DNA of 64,000 nt from Acidimicrobiia bacterium (GTDB taxonomy: Bacteria > Actinomycetota > Acidimicrobiia > Acidimicrobiales > CAIXPF01): assembly GCA_947476745.1 (NCBI GenBank), contig CANJRG010000016.1, positions 15,457 through 79,456 on the forward strand, written 5' to 3'. A model generated the notes under the pieces. It had not been told where the DNA came from and searched no databases. It was given only the letters and a program-made list of their open reading frames with translations. The translations under genes were made by a program, and so were the position numbers. Below are positions 31,825 to 39,247 of the stretch, piece by piece (the stretch's first letter is position 1; every line of letters begins with the position of its first letter).

Positions 31825-33180
31825 TCAGGAGGTGCCGCGCTTGCGGGGTGGACGGTCGGTCGCCGCCCACCGGGCCAGCCAGGGTTCGAGGGCCTCGGCC
31901 AAGGTCGGGGTGCCGGCGTCGGCGTACTCGTAACGGGCCCGTCGCACCGGGGCACCGAGATCGACGATCCGGGCCAGATCCATGGGGGTGCCCAGCACGA
32001 TCACGTCCGGGCCGACCGCGGCGATCGTCCGGGTGAGCTCGTCGAGCTGCGTCGGCGAATAGCCCATGGCGGGCAGCACCGCACCGATGTGGGGGTAGCG
32101 GGCGAAGGTCTCGGCGATACCGCCGACGGCGAACGGGCGGGGATCGACGACGGTGTCGGCACCGTGGGCGGCTGCGGCGACCGTGCCTGCGCCGAAGGCC
32201 ATACCGCCATGGGTGATGGTCGGGCCGTCCTCGACCACCAGCACCCGTCGGCCCGCCAGGGACGGGCCGTCGTCGAGGCTCACCGGAGAGGCTCCCCGCA
32301 CCACCGTGGCCGACGGGTTCACCGCCGTGACGTTGGCCAGGACCTCGGCGATCGCATCGACGGACGCGACGTCGGTCTTGCCCAGCACCACGAGATCGGC
32401 GCGCCGGAGGTTGGTCTCACCGGGGTGATAGCTGAGCTCATGTCCCGGCCGTAGCGGATCAGCCACGGTGATGGTCACCTCTGCGCGCAGGAACGGGAAG
32501 TCGTTGTTGCCGCCGTCCCACACGATCACGTCGGCCTCGAGCTCGGCGCGGGCCACGATGGCGGCGTAGTCGACACCGGCGTAGAGGACGAAGCCCTCCT
32601 CCACCGGCCGCTCGTACTCCTCGCGTTCCTCGATGGTCGGCGATGCCGCGTCGATGTCGGCGAGGGAGCCGAAGCGCTGTACCGCCATGGATGCAAGGTT
32701 GCCGTACGGCATCGGATGGCGGATCAGGACCGGCACCAGGCCCCGGTCGCGCAGCAGCCGCGCCACGGCCCGCGACACCTGCGACTTGCCGCACCCCGTG
32801 CGCGTGGCGCACACCGCCACGACCGGCCGGGCAACCGGCAGACAGCTGTCCTGCGGGCCGAGCAGCGTGAAGCTGGCCCCGGCGGCGAGCACCCGTGACG
32901 CGCGGTGCATGACCTCGACGTGGGACAGGTCGCTGTAGGCCAGCACCACCTCGTCGACATGATGGACCCGCAGCAGGGCCTCGAGCTCGGCCTCCGGGTG
33001 GATGGGGATGCCCACCGGATAGCGCGCCCCGGCGAGCTCCGGGGGGTAGGTCCGCCGATCGATGCCAGGAATCTGCGCCGCGGTGAACGCCACCACCTCC
33101 ACCGTCGGATCGTTGCGGTAGTGCACGTTGAAGTCGTGGAAGTCACGACCACCGGCACCCATGATCAGCACTCGTCGCAC
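31825..33180 (-). CDS. COG2403-family predicted GTPase / cyclic 2,3-diphosphoglycerate synthetase-like protein
   Basis: VLIMGAGGRDFHDFNV...VVAVCATRTGCGKSQVS (P-loop-like)...VIVWDGGNNDFPF...LVVLGKTD. GTG 33180 is preceded by GGAGAGG. Confidence 0.65.
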   Translation of the reverse strand: MRRVLIMGAGGRDFHDFNVHYRNDPTVEVVAFTAAQIPGIDRRTYPPELAGARYPVGIPIHPEAELEALLRVHHVDEVVLAYSDLSHVEVMHRASRVLAAGASFTLLGPQDSCLPVARPVVAVCATRTGCGKSQVSRAVARLLRDRGLVPVLIRHPMPYGNLASMAVQRFGSLADIDAASPTIEEREEYERPVEEGFVLYAGVDYAAIVARAELEADVIVWDGGNNDFPFLRAEVTITVADPLRPGHELSYHPGETNLRRADLVVLGKTDVASVDAIAEVLANVTAVNPSATVVRGASPVSLDDGPSLAGRRVLVVEDGPTITHGGMAFGAGTVAAAAHGADTVVDPRPFAVGGIAETFARYPHIGAVLPAMGYSPTQLDELTRTIAAVGPDVIVLGTPMDLARIVDLGAPVRRARYEYADAGTPTLAEALEPWLARWAATDRPPRKRGTS

Positions 33181-33268
33181 GGGCCAACCTCTCCTCTCGG
33201 CTCGCAATGCGAGCCAGAACGGCCTTCCTCCGGCGAGGGAGGGACTTTTGGCGGCACCCGCCGCCTCG

Positions 33269-33751
33269 ATGAGGCACCATCATGATCCCATGCCCGTGAC
33301 GAGCCCATCCCACAGCCGCTCGGTGCTTGTCGCGGTCGCCGCATTGGTGCTCGTCGCTCTCGTGGTCGCAGCCGTGCTCAGCGGCTCCGGCGGCGGGAAG
33401 GCCGAGGACCCGGGCAGCCCGGAGGCAACCGTGCAGGCGTATTTCGAGGCGTTGGTCGACGGCCGCCGCAGCGACGCCCGTGCCACCTTCACCGACGAGC
33501 TCGCCGCCCGCTGCCCCGAGGTGACCGACATCGGCTTCAGCCGCCCGTCACGGGTGGTGATCACCGGCAGCAGGCTCGACGGCTCCGACACCGTCGTCGA
33601 CGTACGGATCACCATGCGGGGCAGTGACGCCGTGCTCGTGGGGTCCGACGACACCTTCGGGGAACAGGTGAGGCTCGTGGAGACACCACAGGGTTGGCGC
33701 ATCAGCGAATCACCGTGGCCGTACGTCTGCGCCATGAAGGTGATCCGATGA
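33269..33751 (+). CDS. membrane-anchored hypothetical protein (NTF2/DUF4878-like ectodomain?)
   Basis: One N-terminal TM helix (VLVAVAALVLVALVVAAVL), then VQAYFEALVDGRRSDA... The stop overlaps the next start (ATGA at 33748). Confidence 0.5.
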   Translation: MRHHHDPMPVTSPSHSRSVLVAVAALVLVALVVAAVLSGSGGGKAEDPGSPEATVQAYFEALVDGRRSDARATFTDELAARCPEVTDIGFSRPSRVVITGSRLDGSDTVVDVRITMRGSDAVLVGSDDTFGEQVRLVETPQGWRISESPWPYVCAMKVIR

Positions 33752-35604
33752 TCGCCGGGCTGCTGCTGCTCGTCGTGGTCGGCATGGCCGTCTACGGCGC
33801 CTCGAGCCGGGTCGACGCCCGCCGACGTGGCGTCACGGCCTCCGGCGGGGACCTGCGCGATCGGGTCGTGCGCTTCTTCCGGCTCACCCTGTTGTTCGCT
33901 GCAGTCGTCCTCGTCAGCGAGGGTGTCGCCGGGCTGATCGCCGAGATCGTGCCCCGGGCCGGCGAAGTGACCCGGGACCCCGCGACGCTGGCCCGGGCGC
34001 TGTCCTTCAGCATCGTCGGGGTGCCGGTGTTGGCCGGTCTGGCCCTGTGGCAGCGAGGCACGCTCGGCAGGGAACCGGACGAGGCCCGCACCTCCGGTTG
34101 GCACGCCTACCTCACCGTCACCCTCGGTCTGTCGCTGCTGCTGACGGTGAGCGCCGCGACCTCGGTCGCCACGTGGGCGCTCGGCGCCGCCGAGGACCAG
34201 GGCAGTGCACTCGGCCGGCTCGTCAGCTGGTCGGCGGTGTGGCTGGTGCACTGGCGACTGGCCCGTCGGGCCGACGCCGGTGCCGAGGCCGACCTCGAGG
34301 CACCGCTCCACCTGCTGTTCGGCTCGGCGGTCGGACTGGTGCTCACGGCCGGCGGGCTCGACCGGCTCATCGGCACCTCACTCGAGCGGGCCTACGAGCG
34401 GGCCTGGCTGACCACCGCCGTGGCCGACGGCACCGACCCACTGGTGCGGGCCCTCGTCCTCCTCGGAGTCGGTGCCGGGGTGTGGTGGTGGTACTGGCTG
34501 CGCCATGCCGAACGCTGTCCCCGATCACCCGGACGCGACGCCTACGTCCTGCTCGGCGGGGTCCTCGGTGGGCTCATCGCCGCGGTGGTGGGCGCGGCCC
34601 AACTGCTCTACGCCGTGTTGGACTGGATCTTCGGCGACCCCGAGGCGACCACCGCCGCCGCCAACTTCACCGGCACGCCCGGTGCTGCGGCGCTGGGCGT
34701 GGTGGGCCTGCTGGTGTGGCTGTACCACCGTGGCATCGTCGCCCGCCAGCACGACGGGACCCGGACCGACATCGACCGAGTGTACAGCTACCTCGGCGCG
34801 GCCGTCGGTCTGGTCACCACGGCCGTTGCCACCACCATCGCCGTCGCCGCCTTGCTCGAAGCCCTGACCACCAGCGACTCGCTCACCAGGAGCGGAGTTG
34901 CGGACACCGTCGTGCTCGCCGTGACCCTGCTGGCCGTCGGCGCGCCGGTGTGGGCCGCGTTCTGGTTCCGGGCCCAACGCTTCGCCGGGACGGACGACGA
35001 GCGGGCGTCGCTTCCCCGTCGGGTCTATCTGCTCGTCGTGCTCGGGGTGTCGGCGGTGGTTGCCCTGGTCGCCCTGGTGCTCCTGCTCATCCGCTTCTTC
35101 GAGGATCTCACCCGTGGCGATGTCGGCTCCGAGACCTGGTACGCCCTGCGGATACCGGCCGGCCTGGTGCTGTCGATGGGTGCACTCGCCGGCTACCACG
35201 CCACGGTCTTCCGGACCGACCACCGGGCGACCGCGAGCGCACCGGTCGCTCCGGCCCCGGACACGACACCGGGTCCGATCCCCGTCGCGGTGGCCGGAGC
35301 AGGCGCCGGCATCGCCGCCGACCTCGGCCGGCTCGGCGAGGTGTTCCTCGTCTCGAGCGCAGCAGATGCCGACGGCCTGGCCGACGGCCTGCACGAACGG
35401 CTCCACGTCCGGGTGCGCGACTGGCACCTCGCCGCGCCGACCACACCGGCCGCTCCGGCACGGGTGCCTGCTGCCGGGCCGACCCTCGAGGAGGTGGCCG
35501 GCGCTATCGAACGCGGCGCCGCAGCCAACCCCGAGGCCACCCGGATGATCGTGGTGCTCGAGGCCGACGGCTCGCCCCGGTTGTTCCCGCTGCTCCCGGA
35601 CTGA
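33748..35604 (+). CDS. polytopic membrane protein with repeated two-helix modules (DUF5671-like) and a soluble C-terminal domain
   Basis: About 12 TM helices in repeating pairs, each ending in W-rich/Arg motifs (VWLVHWRLARR, VWWWYWLRHAER, LLVWLYHRGIVAR, VWAAFWFRAQR). The roughly 130-aa C-terminal region has no similarity I can recognise. Confidence 0.6.
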   Translation: MIAGLLLLVVVGMAVYGASSRVDARRRGVTASGGDLRDRVVRFFRLTLLFAAVVLVSEGVAGLIAEIVPRAGEVTRDPATLARALSFSIVGVPVLAGLALWQRGTLGREPDEARTSGWHAYLTVTLGLSLLLTVSAATSVATWALGAAEDQGSALGRLVSWSAVWLVHWRLARRADAGAEADLEAPLHLLFGSAVGLVLTAGGLDRLIGTSLERAYERAWLTTAVADGTDPLVRALVLLGVGAGVWWWYWLRHAERCPRSPGRDAYVLLGGVLGGLIAAVVGAAQLLYAVLDWIFGDPEATTAAANFTGTPGAAALGVVGLLVWLYHRGIVARQHDGTRTDIDRVYSYLGAAVGLVTTAVATTIAVAALLEALTTSDSLTRSGVADTVVLAVTLLAVGAPVWAAFWFRAQRFAGTDDERASLPRRVYLLVVLGVSAVVALVALVLLLIRFFEDLTRGDVGSETWYALRIPAGLVLSMGALAGYHATVFRTDHRATASAPVAPAPDTTPGPIPVAVAGAGAGIAADLGRLGEVFLVSSAADADGLADGLHERLHVRVRDWHLAAPTTPAAPARVPAAGPTLEEVAGAIERGAAANPEATRMIVVLEADGSPRLFPLLPD

Positions 35605-35630
35605 CCCCCGTCGGACACCCCGACGGGTCA
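35602..35630. terminator. hairpin after the membrane protein gene
   Basis: CCCGTCGG-ACACC-CCGACGGG, extended by TGA/TCA pairing across a 2-nt bulge. It includes the stop codon at 35602. Confidence 0.5.
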
Positions 35631-35656
35631 GGTCAGGTCAGGTCAGGTCAGGTCAG
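35627..35656. repeat. (GTCAG)x6 perfect pentanucleotide microsatellite
   Basis: Six perfect units read directly. On the minus strand it is (CTGAC)6, and the first TGA is the stop of the cyclase-like gene. Confidence 0.95.
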
Positions 35657-36600
35657 AGGATGCCGACGGCGTTGCCCGGCGAACCGAGCCCGTTGGGGAT
35701 CTTCAACGGTGCGGCCACGAAGAAGAACTCGTAGCGCCCCGCAGCGCGACAGCGAGCCGCGAGCTTGTCGAAGTCGAACATCTCGCCGAGGGCGAGCCCC
35801 AGCGACGGCAGCAGGCGACGGTGCAACGAGCCCACGGCTGGATCGCCGGGCAGCACCTCCACCGCCGGGTTGTCGCACAGCAGCGCAGCCGGATGAGCAT
35901 TCCACAGCATCCGGGCCATGCCCTCGTCGGCCCGCAGTCCGGCGAAGACCGGATCGGTGGCGTAGGCGGCGCGCCCGGCGCCGTCGAGCGCCCGGTAGGC
36001 CGACACCCAGCCGAAGCGCACGCAGAGGATGTCGCCGGCCTCGAGGACGACGCCCTCGGCCTCGAGGACCGCCTGCAGGTCGTCCGTGGTCACCGGCACC
36101 GGCTGGTGGGCGTCCCAGGCGCGGCCCTGGTCCTGCATCCAGCCGGCGACGTCGATCAGCACACCACGACCGGCGATGCCGTGATCGGCCCAGCGGTCGA
36201 TGCCGAGGCCCATCGGACCCTCGGTCGGGTTCTGGGTGCGACCACCCCAGTAACCGTGCTCCCGGCAACGCACGTGGCTGAGCGCGTCCCACTGGGTGGA
36301 GGCCTGCGGATGGAAGGCGTCGAGCCGGTCGTCCATCTCGTTGCGGTTCAGGGCGAACACGCCGTGCTGGTACGCCTGGCGACCGAACAGCGGAGGGTTC
36401 GGCAGGTCGAGCGGGAGGTCGAGCGATACCAGTTCACCGGTACGCACCGCGGCTGCCGCCCGGGCCACCCGGGCAGGGGTCACCAGGTTGATGGATCCGA
36501 GCTCGTCGTCGCGGCCCCACACGTCCCATGCGTGGCGCACGCCGACACCCTCGAGCTCGGGCAGTTCGTCATAGCTGGGCAACTCGATCAGTTCGGACAC
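35653..36600 (-). CDS. putative cyclase/arylformamidase-family protein
   Basis: Overall pattern fits cyclase family proteins (STQWDALSHV..., GVLIDVAGW, DILCVRFGW). GTG 36600 is preceded by GAAAGGAA. Confidence 0.6.
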   Translation of the reverse strand: MSELIELPSYDELPELEGVGVRHAWDVWGRDDELGSINLVTPARVARAAAAVRTGELVSLDLPLDLPNPPLFGRQAYQHGVFALNRNEMDDRLDAFHPQASTQWDALSHVRCREHGYWGGRTQNPTEGPMGLGIDRWADHGIAGRGVLIDVAGWMQDQGRAWDAHQPVPVTTDDLQAVLEAEGVVLEAGDILCVRFGWVSAYRALDGAGRAAYATDPVFAGLRADEGMARMLWNAHPAALLCDNPAVEVLPGDPAVGSLHRRLLPSLGLALGEMFDFDKLAARCRAAGRYEFFFVAAPLKIPNGLGSPGNAVGIL

Positions 36601-36670
36601 AGGATGTTCCTTTCGGCGGCTGGGGGCTGGGCGGTTCGACGGCTGGGCGGCTCGACGGCGGTGCCGAGGG

Positions 36671-37639
36671 TCAGTTCCCGAAGCTGCGTCGGCGGCGGGC
36701 GGCGGAGAACACGTGGACCGGCCACATGTCCTGGTCCTCGCCCCAGGCTTCGGCACCGTCGAGATCCCAGCGGATCAGGCTGTTGATGTCGATGAAGGAG
36801 TGCCGGTTGATGATGATGCGGCTCTCGGGACGGCCGACCGCGTGCATGGCCCGTCCCTCGTTGTCGACCGCGTCGATGATGATCTCGCTGACCCAGCCCT
36901 CGTCGGCGTGGCGGATGGTCCGACGCTCACCGGAACGCAGCCCGACGGTGCGGCCGTCGCGACGCAGGAAGCCGTAGGCCACCGGGTCGCCGTCGGACCT
37001 GGTGTTGGTGACCGCCAGGAAGGCGTGGTCGTCGGCGGCGGCGCCGGTGACGTAGGCGGCCTGGCGGGGCCGGTGCTCGGGTCGGGGACCCCAGGTGCGG
37101 TCGCGCATGCCCAGGCAGTTCACCTCGATGCGCTCGCCGTGCAGCACGATGTGGCCGCTCACCCGGCCCAGCTGGTCGAAATGATGGGCCGAGCCGAAGG
37201 TCGAACCGACGGCGCTGAGCGGCTCCGGGGCCATCACCGCGTCGAAACGCAGGTGGCTCTCGAACCGGCCCGGGTCGTCGTAGCCCAGCTCGTAGGACAT
37301 CGTCGGCTCGATCACCTTCATCCGCACCCCGGTGGGCAGGGTGACGTCACGCAGGTCGGCATCGGCGCGCAGCTGCAGGGCACTGAAGTTGGTCGAGTAG
37401 AGGACCTCCCACGGCAGCATCGCCGAGTCGTCCCACACCCAGGCCCCGCCGGCCACCGTGCCGATGTTCGGCCGGAACATGCTGTAGAACCAGCCGCCCA
37501 GACGGCGCTCGGGGACGTGGAAGGAGAACCAGGCGGTCTCCGTCTCCCACCAGCGATCGGTCAGCTGCGCGAAGTGGAACGCGTCGTCAGCCGCAGTGAA
37601 GACCGGGGCCTCCCCGGCGGAGTGCTCGGAACCGCTCAT
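36671..37639 (-). CDS. conserved hypothetical protein (beta-rich, family not recognised)
   Basis: The 322-aa ORF has realistic amino-acid composition. ATG 37639 lies 10 nt after the upstream stop and is preceded by GAGAGG. Confidence 0.55.
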   Translation of the reverse strand: MSGSEHSAGEAPVFTAADDAFHFAQLTDRWWETETAWFSFHVPERRLGGWFYSMFRPNIGTVAGGAWVWDDSAMLPWEVLYSTNFSALQLRADADLRDVTLPTGVRMKVIEPTMSYELGYDDPGRFESHLRFDAVMAPEPLSAVGSTFGSAHHFDQLGRVSGHIVLHGERIEVNCLGMRDRTWGPRPEHRPRQAAYVTGAAADDHAFLAVTNTRSDGDPVAYGFLRRDGRTVGLRSGERRTIRHADEGWVSEIIIDAVDNEGRAMHAVGRPESRIIINRHSFIDINSLIRWDLDGAEAWGEDQDMWPVHVFSAARRRRSFGN

Positions 37640-37649
37640 GACATGCCTC

Positions 37650-38699
37650 TCAGAAGCCCAGCCGCCGCGCGGCCTGATCGAGCACGACCGGCACCGACCA
37701 TGCGGTTCGGGCCAGGCGCAGGTCGGGGTTGCGGCCGGTGGCGAACAGGTTCGAGGCGCTGAGCCAGAACGCCGCGGACCGCATCGAGTACAGGACGTGG
37801 TAGTAGTCGCACACGTCGACGTCGATCTCGAGGCCGGTACCGGCCTCGTAGCGACGGATGAACTCGTCCTGTTCGACCAGGTTCGACAGCAGGTCGGTGC
37901 CCTCACGGTTCAGCTCGGAGAGCATGTAGGCCACGTCGTACATCGGGTCGCCGATGCACGGGGTCTCCCAGTCGAGCACCGCCGATACGTGGTCGTCGTG
38001 GATCAGCAGGTTGCCCGTGCGGTACGCGCCGTGCACCAGGACGAATCGGTCCGTGGACGGGGCGTTGGCCTCGAGCCAGCCCAGCACGTCGACCAGCACC
38101 GGGTCGAGGTCGGCCTCGGCCACTGCCTGGTCGATGAGATGACGCCACTTGGCGATCTCGCGGAGGATGAACCCGGTACCGGGCTCGGGGACCCCGAGGA
38201 AGTCGAGCCCCGCTCCACGCCAGTCGAGGGTGTGCAACTTCACCAGGGTGTCGGTGAAATCGCCGGGTAGCACCCCGCGGTCGGCCGCCTCCTGATAGAA
38301 ACGGCGACCCTCGCGTCCCCACGGGCTGGGGCACTCGCCGGGCACCTTCTCCATCACCAGGAACGGCGCCCCCAGAATGGCGGGGTCGTCCTCGTAGAAG
38401 TACGGCTCCGGCGAGGGCACCGCCGTGCCGTGCAGGCACTGCAGCACCCGGTACTGCTCGCGGAGGTTCGACAGGTCCCGCAACAGGGCGTTGCCCGGGT
38501 CGCGACGCAGGCAGAAGCCCCGCTGGTGTTGCGCGCCCTGCGCGCTCCAGGTGGCGTCGAACAGCCACGTCTCGTGCGACCAGCCCACCGCGATGCGCTC
38601 CACGCCGGTCATCTCGAGGTCGGTGGTACCGAGCGCGGTACCCAGATAGTCGGCGATCCGATCGGTCATCGACCGGTCCGACGAGTTCTCGCCGCTCAT
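37650..38699 (-). CDS. phosphotransferase (APH/choline-kinase-like) family protein
   Basis: Protein-kinase-like fold motifs: VLVHGAYRTGNLLI (catalytic loop, here HGAYRxGN) and VLDWETPCIGDPMYDVAY (DxE/D metal loop). Confidence 0.8.
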   Translation of the reverse strand: MSGENSSDRSMTDRIADYLGTALGTTDLEMTGVERIAVGWSHETWLFDATWSAQGAQHQRGFCLRRDPGNALLRDLSNLREQYRVLQCLHGTAVPSPEPYFYEDDPAILGAPFLVMEKVPGECPSPWGREGRRFYQEAADRGVLPGDFTDTLVKLHTLDWRGAGLDFLGVPEPGTGFILREIAKWRHLIDQAVAEADLDPVLVDVLGWLEANAPSTDRFVLVHGAYRTGNLLIHDDHVSAVLDWETPCIGDPMYDVAYMLSELNREGTDLLSNLVEQDEFIRRYEAGTGLEIDVDVCDYYHVLYSMRSAAFWLSASNLFATGRNPDLRLARTAWSVPVVLDQAARRLGF

Positions 38700-39109
38700 G
38701 ACGCCACCTCGAGCTGCCGGTCGAGCCGTGCCCGCAGGGTTTGGCGGACCCGCGCCAGCAGGGTGTCGAACCGCTCCGGGCCGAGCTCGGCCCGGCCGGC
38801 GTAGAGGGCCGTCACCAGCGAGGCGAGCGCGCCGTCGCCCTGCGGCGTCGGCAAGGCGTCGATGGCGGCGCGCAGCGGAGCAGGGTCTGCGGCCGTTGTG
38901 GCAACCCGCAGATCATCGGCCAGCGTGCGGCGATCGGCGTCGTTCGCCTGCGCGTGCGCCGCGCCGTGGCGCAGGCCGGCGGCGACCTTGTCGAGCACCA
39001 CCGAGGCCATGAACGCCTGGGTCTTCGGGAACGGATCGCTCACCGCCGGGCCGATCTCGTGGCGCAGCAGGCCGGACATGCGGGCCAACAACTCGTCAGC
39101 GGGCAGCAC
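38696..39109 (-). CDS. hypothetical helical protein coupled to the phosphotransferase
   Basis: 137 aa, Ala/Leu/Arg-rich and helical. Its stop overlaps the kinase start (ATGA at 38696-38699). Confidence 0.5.
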   Translation of the reverse strand: MLPADELLARMSGLLRHEIGPAVSDPFPKTQAFMASVVLDKVAAGLRHGAAHAQANDADRRTLADDLRVATTAADPAPLRAAIDALPTPQGDGALASLVTALYAGRAELGPERFDTLLARVRQTLRARLDRQLEVAS

Positions 39110-39247
39110 CGCAGCCTCCCCGTCGTTCGCAACTGGCTTCGTCTGGACGATTCACAGCGACGCACCGTAGCCGAGGGCTGCGCCGACGGGTACGGAACCA
39201 CCCGGTAGGACCAGGCGCGACGGCGCCACCGCGTCAGCCAGGTCCGT

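Noticed and set aside
34047-36281. 744-aa plus-strand ORF overlapping the membrane protein and cyclase genes
   Set aside because: Its composition is extreme in Arg/Pro/Gly/Ala (RRRR and PRPR runs). It is out of frame with, or antisense to, two genes that have coherent domain structure.
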